This document shows positions 26,434 through 39,164 of a DNA stretch of 64,000 bases, piece after piece. Numbering within the stretch: the first letter of the stretch is position 1; every line of letters starts with the position of its first letter. Source of the stretch: Antedon mediterranea (lineage: Eukaryota; Animalia; Echinodermata); assembly GCF_964355755.1 (NCBI RefSeq), contig NC_092671.1, positions 11,718,001 to 11,782,000 of the forward strand. The letters run 5' to 3'. The translations under genes and the position numbers were made by a program. The notes beneath the pieces are model-generated. The model searched no databases. It was not told the origin of the DNA and was given only the letters and a program-made list of their open reading frames with translations.

Positions 26434-29299
26434 AATCTAATAATAGAAATGTAGAAAAAGTAGGTTACATTACAGTACATATAAACTTTAAATGATTTAT
26501 TTTTGTGCTCTTCGATCCAGTCCAGCCAGTCACTGTCTTCTTTGCTTACAAATAACACCCAATATTTTTCTTGAAGACTTGTTTACTGCCTTTTACCTGT
26601 TCAGAGAGGTAATTTGCATTAACACAGGTGGTCTAGTTAATTTATTTGTGCAAACCAGTCATATGACGAAAATAGAAATAAATTATGGTTATAAATTATA
26701 AGAAAATAAAAAAAAAAGAATATTGCAAATAAAAATAAACTGGTATTATCAGCTTTGTGAACAGGGAAAACAAACTTTGCAACACATTCATCTGGCGCTA
26801 CATTTTTTTGAGTATTTATAAACATGTTGCACTTAAATTGATTACCAGGAGTTTGCGTGTGTTTACAAGATAAATTATTTCTATAAATAAACACAAATCA
26901 ATTTTAAGACGCAAAAAAAAATTGATGATTACTTTTCAGCAAAGTTAATTTGAAATTTAGATTAGATTGATTAAATTAAAAAGAATAAATTAAAGAACAC
27001 ATTGTCGTTTGCAGTTAATTCAAGGTAAAATATTAATTGGTTAAAATAAAATAAAAAGTTTTTTATATATTTGAGAGTGCTTTTGCTAGAACTACTGTAA
27101 TACATAGTGATGATCTTCACTACACACCTCAAGGTAAAAATTGCTACAATATTTTATGTAACCATTTTATCTTCTACTAGTAGCTAAATATTTACTGAAT
27201 AATAATATTCTAATGAAAAGGGATTGACCTTACAAAAGCATAAGACATTGAATTTATTTTAAACCTATTTAATCTAGGTAAATTAATCATCCAACACCTA
27301 ATTCTCACTAGTCTAATTACTTTTATTAATCGTTATCATATATACTGTATTACAACAATACAAGGGGAAAAAACGGCATTAATCAACCATTATTATAGAC
27401 TCTTTGCCTTCACAATGCAAGTGTGTGTGTCTCTTATGTGTACTTCTGGCGTATATATGTGCAAGCATGTATGTATGCGCATGAGGACTTTGAAAACTGA
27501 GTTTTATGTAATTTGACTCATAATAAAATCCCTATAAATGTGGTTTTTATTTAAACTATTTGTATAATTACTACATGTCAGATTTTAGGATTACAGTACT
27601 AGAATAATATGGACCCTTAATGAAGCAAGCTCTAATTCCGTTTTATTCTATTTTGTAAAGCAATTAGTAGGGAAAATTAATTTTGTTATTTATTTCTTGT
27701 TTATTTTACTCTGTATTTTGTAACATACACATGTAAAGTTCCGAATATCTTCCTATTATCGATTATTCGTCCGTTAAAATCAGAAAATTGATTTAGTCTG
27801 TGGGTTCAGGTGCACCCAAGATAAATTGTGGTTAGATTCATGGAAATTACTACTGTATGTATTTAAGGAAATCACAGATTTTGAAAAAAATTTGGTTTTT
27901 CCTGTTTAATTTTAAAATAGAATAAATACATGTTAGTACTACCCAAATCATGTTTTATATTTTTCAGGTTAGAAGTTTAGAAAATGTTTTTAAAAGAAAT
28001 TGAGTGTATGAAATTACCAATCACAAACTGTTTACATTGGAACTGTTTACTTCTTGACTGAAGTCACACTTGATGCTTCTCATCTAGGCAGCATGGATTT
28101 TCAATAACATTACGATCACATTTAGAAATTCAACCAATCAACAACCAGCTTTTGTCCATGAAAACCGGTTTGAAGTTTTGATTATAGCAAAAATAGCAAC
28201 TAACTAATATTTAAAAAACGTAATGTAATCCCATGGAAGATGATTGGATTGTTATAAAATTAAAAGAGCATTAATGTTTAAAATGTTTAGTGTATGTGTT
28301 TATTATGTTGTCAAGTAATTATTTAGGAATATCAGGTTTTCTAATCAACTTTTTAATTATGGCGCCCAACACAATAGAATAGATTAAATAACATGTTTTT
28401 GAAATCTTAAATTTATGAGAAATTGCGAGAATGATTTTACATAATCCTTGTAAGTAATCTTGAAGCAAAATTGTAAACACACTGCCGCTAAACACTGTAG
28501 TATTAAGTAACAAAAGAGTGGCATACAACTTGTAAAAACCAGTGGCTGTATTCATCATTCACACTTGGTGACAGGGGTGGATCCAGGAAATGGGACTTTC
28601 ACGTTATTATAAATGTATTAAAAATTGATATTTTGAATATTGAAAACTGAGGTACTAGCCTATTAAAGGGTGACATTTTGCCCATAGGCCAATTTTGAGT
28701 AAAAGCGTCACAACAGGGCGCTTCGCGCAAGTCAGCGTTTCCACATGGCATGGCATGGCCACTACCATTTTTTGACACATCACACTATTTTTGTCATACT
28801 AGTTTTCAATAAAAAGACAAATACAGTTTGTATTTCGTTAAAGGGCGGTTTTTTTTTAAAGCTTTATTGAACAAACAATAGTTTCTACTATGATTTGTCT
28901 TTTACAAACCATTTTGTCTTTATTTATTAGGTATGGCATAGACCTTATCCATGGGTATAGTGTGTCGCGGCTGACACACCAATAGGACGTATAGTTATGT
29001 ACATCATCTTTTTCAGGTTTATATTGGCCGCTTCTGGAAATGTTTGTTTTCTTTATAATACTGTATTGCCAACTATCAAATGAAAACTAAGAAGACATTA
29101 TACTATTTGTTTTCCCCGACAAAAGGAAGTTAGGCCTGTATTATAACTTATTTATAAATGTTCGAAGAAATAAAAGCTATAAGATGATCATCAAAATGTT
29201 GATGTGCCAAATATGGTAGTGATATGTATCGTGTCTCCTAGGCTATATATGGACATAAAGTTTGAGAGTGTAGACAGAGAGTCTGTTTAATTCCCTAAG

Positions 29300-29620
29300 T
29301 GAGTGAGTGGCCGAGCGGTTAAGACAATGGAACCGTAATTACGCAGCCATAACATCGACAGGGTTTCGAGGCTCACGCACTCCATGGTTCTGGTGGTAGA
29401 ACGAGTCTTCTCGAATAAAGACTATAAACCGTAGGTCCAGTGTACACATCTAGCTCGTGTGCACTTTAAAGAACTTAGTACATCTTTCGGGACGAGTAGG
29501 GGTTTACCCCGGTGTATTAGTACATCACAGCCACTGATTATAACTGGGCCCTCTGGGAGACCAGTCTTGCTGAAGAGGTTACCCAGTATAAATATATATT
29601 TTAATCTATTTCAATCAATA
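29300..29620 (+). mobile_element. tRNA-derived SINE with Deu/Nin-like central domain
   Basis: A-box-like TGGCCGAGCGGTTAAG, B-box-like GGTTTCGAGGC, then TCTTCTCGAATAAAGACTATAAACCGTAGGTCC..GCACTTTAAAGAAC..GAGTAGGGG resembling the Deu/Nin SINE core, and an (AATC)-type tail. Reverse fragments occur at ~43130-43175 and ~48730-48775. Confidence 0.75.
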
Positions 29621-29735
29621 AACAGCATGTTTTGATATTAACCTTTTTTGCCAGATTGTATACAGTAGTAGTGGTTTATTATTTATAGGCCTAAATAATT
29701 TAGATCTTTAATTTCTAAAGTAAACTTTAGTCTAA

Positions 29736-29899
29736 AGCTCTGTCTACATTATCAAACTTCATGTGACAAAAAAATATGAATGATGTGCCCATATATGGAC
29801 AAGATGATGTCATATCACTACCACATTAAGGCATATTACTACCATATTTTGGTACATCACACTTTTTTGTCAAACTATTATGATAGTGTAGACAGAGCT
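29736..29899. mobile_element. Same MITE family, 2 internal units
   Basis: TAA|AGCTCTGTCTACA...TAGTGTAGACAGAGCT|TGA. Confidence 0.85.
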
Positions 29900-30434
29900 T
29901 GACCATACGTTGCCAACATAATTGTTTAATACAACCATATGCACGAATGTACAATTACAGACATCCGTAATTGTTTTAGTTAAAATTACCAGAGATTTTA
30001 AACCGGTAATTTACAATTCCGTTGTAATTTTGTATACAAAACCGTAAAAATAAAGTTTCAAGGTCGGGACCGTTACAGTATAATTACGGTGAACGTAAAA
30101 TTAGCGACATCTCTTACAGTGTGGACCTAGGTCCATGGTTGCGGTGATGCCCTACCCTAATGTGTACTTATATATTATTATTATATTATCTAGTTATCGC
30201 CTATCGTTAAATCAGCTAATTCTAGATTAAAGTTCTATTTACACTATCAGTATTGATAATTTGACAAAAAAGTATAATGTGCCCAAATAATAATGGTAGT
30301 GATAATAATATGACGCCATCGTATCCATATCTCAACTGAACAGACTTGAATAGGCATAGGCAATAAATGTATTCTTTTTGTCTAGCAGGATTGATCCCTT
30401 TAAATCTTGGTTTAGAGACGCAACGCAAGCGAGA

Positions 30435-31902
30435 AGGCTGGTTTCCTGTCGACGTAAGAAGTCGAATTTTGCAACGACTCTTGCGTTTCATACGTTTCTT
30501 ACGTCTCTTACGAAAGTTGAGAAAAAATTGACGTCGTTGACGTTAGTCAAGATCGTGTCAGGCCGTAGAGAAACATCTGTAGTTATGCTGCTCCCGAAAG
30601 TTGAAATTTTGGCTGTGAAACACACGTCGTATGCTTACGTCGATTTTAGTGTTGTTACGAAAGTTGAAATTTTTTTCTTTCGTCGGTCAGATTTATGACG
30701 TATTTGAAACAACATCTATGATTGGTGTTTCTTTTTAGAGCGGGTTTTATCATTTTTCGCGCGAAATGTTGAATGTTGTTATTGTACCTGTAGCTACTCA
30801 GTGTCAGTGCAGCACACCAACATATTATTTTTAGTAGATAGGCTAGGCCCTAGTATTAGTAATAATACTTAATTAATACTGTACTAATAGGAATGGATTT
30901 GACCAAAATATAATCAAACTAGCCTAGGAGCCAGGCTAATAGGCTAGGCCTATGCACTATTGTATGAACCAAAATATGAATTAATTATTCTGGCCTTAGT
31001 AGGCCTAGCCTTAAATAGTTTTCAAAATTAAAAAACGGCAAATCATTTCGGGATTCCTATTATTATTAGACCTACCTATGGGCCCAGGCATACCATACTC
31101 TAATCGAGCATGAGATAGTACTAACGCAGTAAGATACCCATTATTTACCTATAATAAGAATAAATTTGACAAAACAATATAAATTATACAAAATCAAGCA
31201 AACATTTTTTGTTAAAGTTACATAATAATATTATATTGCTTACAAGGGCTTTCTATATCTTATCTTGTTGCAAATGTTCATTATCGCGACGTTTCTACCG
31301 ACAAATAGAACAGAAGAATGTCGGTTTCAATGCGGATTGTTTATTGCACGTCCATAAATAAGAGTATTATATTTTGATATGAGTTGTAAACTTCCTGATT
31401 AGAACAATATTATATTGAAACTACTGTGCATTTGTAAAGTATGTACATTGTACAACATCGTAAAGTGGGCTAAAATTGTAGTAGTACGATAAATACATAC
31501 AAATGTTATTGTCCGGCTATATTTCACTGTAAGGTCATACACATTACGTCATAACTCTTGTCGCTCATTGGTTGCTTGTTACGATTGCGCTTACGTCTCT
31601 TGCGAAAGTTGACTTCAAGTCAACTTTCGTAAGAGACGTAAGAAACGTGACGCAAGGGCGTTCATTCAAGCGTAAGATAAAAAATCCCGGTTTCCTGTAA
31701 AATCGGAAGAAAACGTCGTAACGCAACAATTGTTAGGTCATCGGTTTCCTGTAAAATCGTTTGTCGTTACCATTTTTCTTACGTTACGTCGATTTTATAA
31801 ATTTTCGATCGTAATCGGTTTCCTGTAAAATCCGCATTTCTTACGACAAATCGACGTAGTCGCAACAAAAGTGATGTTCTTACGTCGACAGGAAACCAGC
31901 CT
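30435..31902. mobile_element. PIF/Harbinger-like non-autonomous element nested in an older MITE (~30401-32152)
   Basis: 26-bp TIR AGGCTGGTTTCCTGTCGACGTAAGAA / TTCTTACGTCGACAGGAAACCAGCCT; repeated subterminal GGTTTCCTGTAAAATC; flanks AGA/ACA; surrounding GACGCAACGCAAG..CTTGCGTTGAGTC belongs to a host MITE. Confidence 0.8.
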
Positions 31903-32404
31903 ACACGCAAATGTTAAAAATAATCCATCGCTTGAAATTGGTAAAATCTCTCTTTCCTCTGCGTTACGTCCTTGTGTTGCGTGTATATCGGGAACTTAAA
32001 AGTTTGAATCCCACACTCTATAGGGCACAACGAAGGACGTAAGCGCTACACAAGCGAATTGACCAATGACAATCGACCGTTCGGATTCCGTTAAAATTAC
32101 TGACGTTGTGGTTTAAATCCTTGCGTTGAGTCTAGTGGGAACAACCTAGCTTGAGAAGAATGAATATATACCACGGACCTTAATGTTTAGTTCCATGATG
32201 TAACGCATCAACTTTTTCGATTCCGCAAATACATTTACCTACATTTTAGTATAGAACACATCCTTCGTGCGTATGGTACACGTTAGGACAGATGTACAGG
32301 AAACCAGAAATCCCATACAGGATTGCTTCTTTATTATACCAGTGGTATATATCAATTAAAGTAGTGACGTGTCTTTTCTTTCTGGAAAGTACAGTACAGT
32401 ACAT

Positions 32405-32635
32405 TGTTATTATTGTTATTGTTTATCGTGTGTTGTGTGTTGTGTGTTGTATTTTGTGTTGTGTGTTGTATTTTGTGTTGTGTGTTGTATTTTGTGTTGT
32501 GTGTTGTATTTTGTGTTGTGTGTTATGTTATGTGTTGTATTTTGTGTTGTGTGTAGTGTGCGGTTGTTTGTTTTTTTGTTGGTTTTGTTGGTTGTTGTTG
32601 TTGTTGGTTGCTGTTGTTGTTATTGTTATTGTTAT
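32405..32635. repeat. Compound (GTTGT/GTT/GTTATT)n microsatellite
   Basis: Directly visible TGTGTTGTGTGTTGTATTT units; explains the Cys/Val-rich spurious ORFs. Confidence 0.9.
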
Positions 32636-34592
32636 ATGCCACGATAAGGAAATCTAAACAAAATCTATGCTATTATAATTTGTCTCTAATTAAGGGGACC
32701 GTTCATGCAGTTATAATTAAACTGAACAACACTAGTTTTGTTACTACTTTCTCTGGAATTAAAAAAAAAATGACTAATAATTATAATTAAAAATAGATGA
32801 TCTTTCCTTATATCCATTACCTGTCAGTCGTAAAATGTATTTCCTATTGAGTATTATTAAGTTTGTAGAAAATGTGATATAATAATTATAGCTGCAGGCC
32901 ACGCTTGTAATTTGATACAAGTTATCAATTTCACTTGGATGAATAATAAGGCGCTCTGAATAATCCGGTGGAAAAGATGACCTATTTGCCGATTGTCATG
33001 ATAATGATTTTCATTAATCAATGGCAACATTATAAATAAAAGGCACTGTGAAACCAAACAAACCATTCCACATTGAAAGAACAATTATGTTATATAGGCC
33101 TAATAGTCTTGATTGATGGTTCATGAAACTCCATAGTTTCTAGATTTCTCAAATTAAAATTTAACAAAGAGTTATCCTCCTACGTGTTATTAAATGTTTA
33201 TATTTGATTGAAAATTAACTAACATTTTCTACAATGGACATATTAATCAAACTGATTGTGGACTATTATAGTTTGAAGTTAGACATTGTGCCTTTGCAGT
33301 TTTATTCATTTTTAAATCAGAGCAACAAATAATGTAATATGTGGATAATGATAAAAATAATTCAATAATCATCAACACTGACTAATAGTAATAATATTTA
33401 ACAATTTAAATAATAATTTTTTAAGCATTATCGGCTTTGCTGACTACGACGAATGCAACCAAATTTATTCATGAAACGTTTATATTAAGTATTACGCATG
33501 AATCTCGATTATGATTTTGGTTGTTTATACTTTTCCTATCCTTTTTTAAAAAACATTTATTTGTTGTTTTCATCCTGTGTTTCATTTTTTTATTATGTGT
33601 TCTTGTTATTTTATGACGTACTGTAATGTGAATGTAAAGCAAGGTGAAAGTCGATAAAGGAATTGAAATTGAATTAAACGATACGACTGTAATTTTCAAA
33701 TTTATTTTTTTATTTATTAGTAAGCATTTTAGTTGAATAGAAAAAATCTATATATAATATATTTAGATAGGAATTAAGGACCAAATTTGTTGTAACATTT
33801 CTCTCTAAGGTAAAAAAAAACATCTCTACCTATACACTCGGTTATATGTACTGTATCTAAATTTCTCCGATGCTGTATTAGCAAACATTCCATGATACTG
33901 GTCACATAGGCCTATAGTATAATGTGGAGATGGAAAACTCTGAGAATCAGATCGCCTCAACCATGGAGGAAATTTCCTCCTTGCTTTAACGGTCACTATT
34001 GTTGTTTCCTGAGCCGAACCCTTTGACCAACTTTTCCTTAAGGTATGATGATATGACTATATTTGCATATTGTAAATTAAATATATATGTATAAATATTA
34101 AATAAAGGGTTGAGAATCATAAATCTGCATTGGAGCTATACGTGCTAATTCTCTGATAAGTTACTTTTAACAATTAATTTTCTATAATTTAAACTTTGAT
34201 GTAATATAATACCAATGTGCATTGCTAACTATAAAAAACTAAAATTCAGCGGCTGCCAAAACATATCTATTTGTTCCATTATTGTTATTCCCAATACCCA
34301 AAAATACATGCTGTATTGTAAATGAGAGCAGAATTTAGTGAAAATATGTTTTATTTACAGATTTAAATCTAGTTCAGTATTTAACCAACATTCTTAATAA
34401 AGAAACAGGCGAACATGACTCTGAAATACTTGATACTCTAGTTTATAATCTTATAATATATACATAGTGATTTAATGTGACGCCGCTCTGTGTGCAAAAG
34501 ACATAAAACTTTCATCTAAAGTGTAACTGTTTAAAAACGTCGCGTTGCTATGGTAGAGTTGTCCTCTTCGTTGTACAGTAATGGACAGATGA

Positions 34593-34646
34593 TTAAAGTC
34601 GGTGATGTTCTTCCAGCTTTGCCTCATTAATGCATTGACCACAAGA
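34593..34646 (-). CDS. Putative secreted Cys-rich peptide precursor, last coding exon
   Basis: Acceptor ttttactcttatAG; phase-0 reading SCGQCINEAKLEEHHRL-TAA, or ILWSMH-TAA if the 35270 donor is used. Confidence 0.55.
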   Translation of the reverse strand, partial: SCGQCINEAKLEEHHRL

Positions 34647-35249
34647 CTATAAGAGTAAAAATGAATAATAATTTAGTGATTTAAAAAATATATATTATGT
34701 AGACTCTAATTATATGTAACTGGTATTGAGTTAGAATACGCGTCTGGACGCCGTCGAAGACATATACCACAACAAACTGTTTTTCTTTAAATGCCGCGCG
34801 GTGGGTATAAAGTAGGCCTATACATTATAGTAATAAGATGTAGCCTATATTTCGCAAGTGAAGTACAGTAGTATTATATATATAGTATAGTATAATATAC
34901 AGTATTCGTTAGTTGTGCCTATTTTGATCAGAAGACAATTAATAGAACCGGTAATAAAGTATATCTGTAATTTTGTCACATCTGGTATTAAACCATATAT
35001 TACATTTATAGAGTCAAAGTAGTTTTTTCAGTGAGAACTCGCAAATTACCGTCGTATAGATAGTAGGCCTAGTTCATCATTCTCATTTGAGTGAGTCTTA
35101 ATGAGTGGAGTAGAAAATTAATTTAGTTAGACAACCTTAGTCAGGATTGAACACTAGACCTAGGATGGGAAGTCCCTAACAACCAAGCTACAGCTCCACT
35201 ACTAACTGGTCTATATATACAACGTTTTGGTATACCTTTAACTTCATAC

Positions 35250-35344
35250 TGGTCTAGTATTAAACCTACTTCTACATATGTGCAAACACAAACTGTAATT
35301 GCTTATGCCATTACATTTAGCAGAGCAAGAGACTGCTCGTTTTT
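35250..35344 (-). CDS. Putative secreted Cys-rich peptide precursor, exon 3
   Basis: Acceptor gttttctttcAG; reads (E)KRAVSCSAKCNGISNYSLCLHICRSRFNTRP in frame; donor GTATGA after 35250, with an alternative donor GTAGGT after 35270. Confidence 0.7.
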
Positions 35345-36756
35345 CTGAAAGAAAACATATTGAAAATAATTTAAAAACAATTTAATCAGTATTGAAAATA
35401 TAAGTGACAATTCAACCGTTTTCAGAGCAATAATTTAATAATTTTAGAAATAATGATCAACAAATAGATATTATAATTTTGTTGATAAGAAGAAAGATTG
35501 GATGTTTGAGTTGTCAAAAATAACAATAAAAAAAGAACATTACACCAAGAAATTACAGTAATAGGTTATAATTGTCTTTTGGAAGTGCTTTCCTGCATTT
35601 GGTCTGCATACAGTAAATTCATCGTTATCAAATAATTAAAATGTGAAATTGACAATTACCAATACCATTCAATACAATTGCATGGTAATATTGCCTATAC
35701 ATTGCCAGCCTGTGTTCAATAGCCGAATTTATTATATTCGCACGATTTGAAAACGTTGGTTTTGCGCATTTTTATCCATGAGCGCGCAACAAATTATTCT
35801 AACGCTATCTTTCATAAGACCTGGATTAGGCCTATAGAAACAAACTCAGTAATCATTAAAAAAAATCAAAAAACAGATGAAGACAAAATATTTTTTAAAA
35901 TTTTGTTTTGCGTGGAAATGCATCTTATTTTCCAAATTGCTGGAGTTACAAACAGGACCATTTTGAACGCGTCTTTTCTCATTAAGCCATTTAAACGACG
36001 GTCGGGGCTTGTAGAGAATCGAATTGATACAGTAAAATGTGTATTTTATTTTGTATTGGATCTGACAGGTTATATATAGCCTAGCCAACCATTCGAGTTT
36101 GTGCATTAATATGTTAAATATCGCCTTCATTTCAAGGCTTTGGTTTTATAATGTAATAATCATTAGTCTTTTAATAAAAATGTATATTTCCTTTCAAGGC
36201 GCTTTAAAATCAATTTATAATTAATCTAGTTATCTCAAATGTCTCTTGTATTTCAGTTCTTTTGACTCATGTGAAACGAGGTTACACCACACATTATCAC
36301 CATGCAACATAGACTTTCATTGTATAATACATTTGGGGTTGATTTTCCTCTTTTCTGGGCTGGTGGGAGGGGGTGTAGATTGAGGGTGATGATTGAGGGT
36401 GATGTGGTTTGAAAATCTTAAACCTCGTGAGAAAATTTGTCATGAGAATAAATACTGGTATCTGACAGGGTTTAAACCTAGGACCCTCGAATCGGTAAAG
36501 CCGAGCTCAGCTACCAAGCTTCATAAAATATAATGTCCAAATTTCCAGTAGGCCTAATAACGAATTATGCCTAATGGACAATTTTAGTACTGTATGTTAT
36601 AGGCTAATCATGTTAAACGTTACTGATTTTGTTCAAATTCGCTCTTTACGTTTTATTCATTTTGGTTTAGTTTTTTTACTGAGCTACAGGTAGTGAGTAC
36701 CACCGTTACAAATAATAAATATAAATAAAAAATTGTAAAAAATTATTAAATCTCAC

Positions 36757-36840
36757 CTTTCACTGTTGAACATTCATCAAAACATTTGACGTGATTTGCT
36801 CCTGGCTTCAACAAACATGGTAGTAGGTTTATACATTCAG
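36757..36840 (-). CDS. Putative secreted Cys-rich peptide precursor, exon 2
   Basis: Acceptor ttttgttttAG, 84-nt phase-1/1 exon reading (A)ECINLLPCLLKPGANHVKCFDECSTVK, donor AAG|GTGAGA; in frame with exon 1; 4 Cys. Confidence 0.75.
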
Positions 36841-37039
36841 CTAAAACAAAATCAAAATATATAACATATAAAATTAAAGCATATAAAGTATATTAATCTC
36901 AGTTATTAAACGCCATTACATAATCCAATCTTTGGTATACACGAAGGGAAATCTTGTCTATAGTCAAATAGAATGACGTTTTCAGAAAAATGGTCAGGCT
37001 TAACGACTCAAGCTTAATTACATCGTAAGTGTAGTCTAA

Positions 37040-37199
37040 AGGTCTGTCTACACATCAAACTTATAGTTTGACAAAAAAGTGTAATGTGCCCAAATATGGT
37101 GGTGATATGCCCATATATGGTAGTGATATGACATCATCATGTCCATATATGGGCACATCACATTTTTGTCACATAATTTTTGATAGTGTAGACAGAGCT
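37040..37199. mobile_element. Same MITE family, opposite orientation, in intron 1 of the Cys-rich peptide gene
   Basis: TAA|AGGTCTGTCTACAC...TAGTGTAGACAGAGCT|TAA. Partial copies also at ~17948-18050 and ~29195-29280. Confidence 0.85.
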
Positions 37200-37633
37200 T
37201 AAGGTTTACGTTTTTAGAGTTTAGACTGAGCGGCAAGAGATGTCTTATTATGAAGAATGTTTATTTTCTCTTCATATTGAATAGTCAAACAGTTTTTCCT
37301 AAAATGGTTTAAAATTCGAACTACATGAAATTATTTTGGATTTATTTATCTCCGTCTACGAATAATTCTTTGTATGTTATTTTTCTTTTAAATTATAAAT
37401 ATTTAAGCATACACTAATACAATTCGTTGTCAATTCTGGAAACATTATGTATTTTTCGTAAAGAACTTCATCCGGTACAGTGTGTTCACCAAACTGAGTG
37501 ATGATGATGATTGCCGTATAGACCTATTTAATTTAACAATGGAGTGAAAGACGTTCATTGAAACCCTTATATTTTTTTTACTAAATTACAAGTGACTTTA
37601 ATGATAAATTACAATTACATATAGATGACCTAC

Positions 37634-37703
37634 CTGTTGTGTGGCTGAAAGTGACGAAAAGTACTGCTAAAACTAGGCCAAAGTGAAGTATTTTTATTTC
37701 CAT
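37634..37703 (-). CDS. Putative secreted Cys-rich peptide precursor, exon 1 (signal peptide)
   Basis: accATGG context; MEIKILHFGLVLAVLFVTFSHTT has a basic n-region and hydrophobic core; phase-1 donor CAG|GTAGGT. Confidence 0.75.
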
Positions 37704-38419
37704 GGTCAGTATCCCGGCTTCTTCAATATTATTCTTCAAATATATAAATTTGCTTGCTACACACAATTTGCAGTTGATTTCACGTAGGTAGTAGTAGAGA
37801 GTTTTAGCTAAACACACCCGATGCAATACCCACTCGTTATGAAGACATCGGAAACAAACAGGAATGTTTTATAGGCTGACCAACTGATCGAGGGTTTGGC
37901 TAACTGTTTGATATCCATTCATTAAACTGCTTAAATTGCTAATTGCTTGGTTGTAACATTTACATTAACAATATTCATTTTGGAAGGCCAATCTTAGAAT
38001 ATTTTCACTTAATTTTATTCATTAAGATTACATATTTATCATGGGTGATCATTAATGATAATAACGGTACATAAATATTTCATGATGACGTCATGAACAA
38101 TCTCCCGTCATTGGGATTATTATTAGACGGATTTTTTTTATATCTTTAAAATAGTTTATGGTTTTTATGGTGAGGTATTGCATTGCCCAACACATAAATC
38201 AAGATTTATAACAACATTGAGACAGCAATGTTTTGATGATTTTTTTGTGAGGAACTTTCACGCATGTCAAGTCGACATAAATTGCAATATTGATGATAAT
38301 AACATAAACTAATCAGTCTTGTAATTTAGTTTTATATGACGAGCCAACAAGTGAGTGAACAATTGATAGGCGGTCGGGAAAGAATGTATTAATGAGGAGC
38401 TGGATATGATACAATATTA

Positions 38420-38540
38420 TTAGTCGCGTGGACACGACTCTATAGTTCACTTTGTAGGTCGGTCGGTCGGTCTGTCGGTCTGTCTGTCGGTCCGGTATCA
38501 CTATGCGTTTAGCACGCGACTTATGGCTGTTGACCTTGTT
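38420..38540 (+). mobile_element. Short DINE-1/HINE-like element
   Basis: TTAGTCGCGTGGACACGACTCTATAG...(GTCG/GTCT)n...GCACGCGACTTATGGCTGTTGACCTTGTT; reverse-complement of the 24875-25692 ends. Confidence 0.8.
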
Positions 38541-38958
38541 TATTGTCACTTTAACAACGAGGTACAAATGAAATTTGGTTGGTTGGTTTACATTTTGATT
38601 TGATTACAATGAATACAAATAAAGCGTGTAACCAATGAATCTAAAGATATCTTACCAACTTGCTATAAATATCATCATACACAAAATAATGCAAATACAA
38701 TAAAAACTATAATATTAATTGCAACCCTTTAGTAGGTTAGATAAGTAATATAAATTAATTAAATACTCGTCCGAAGCAATTATCGTGATATAGGTTTATG
38801 AATAGTAATTAATTTGTAAGTCGTACACTAAGTGAATAACAACTTAATTCTGCTTTTGTACAGCCATTAGTATAATTATTTATTCCACATATATCGCGAT
38901 ATTTTACGTGTTAATCGAAAGTGAACCTCTCACATACTTCGTCTGCGCACCGAAATGA

Positions 38959-39164
38959 AAGCCGGTTTCCACTACATGAAAATATTCGCGCAAATCGAAC
39001 ATTTAGCCGATTTTCCACTTGACCAATTTGTTCACGCGAATCGAAAGCGTCAACTTATACGCATGCGTATTCATGTTTCCATCTTCCATATCTGTCTCTA
39101 CGCATGCGTATAAGCTGACGCTTTCGATTCGCGCGAAAATAATTCGCCTAGTGGAAAATCGGTT
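38959..39164. mobile_element. Palindromic Harbinger/Tourist-like MITE
   Basis: AAGCCGGTTTCCACTA...TAGTGGAAAATCGGTT termini with internal CGCGAATCGAAAGCGTCA.CTTATACGCATGCGTA inverted repeat. Confidence 0.7.

Noticed and set aside
27107-27198. GTGATGA...CTGA as a possible C/D snoRNA downstream of COX7C
   Set aside because: No terminal stem and no recognisable rRNA guide; a similar candidate in intron 1 (~25945-26047) lacks a canonical C box.
29300-29385. tRNA gene
   Set aside because: It is the head of a SINE; no proper cloverleaf or anticodon arm. Weaker tRNA-like remnants at ~35105-35205 and ~36460-36520 were also not called.
32292-32790. Cys/Val/Leu-rich ORFs (121, 92, 60 aa)
   Set aside because: They are translations of the (GTTGT)n microsatellite.
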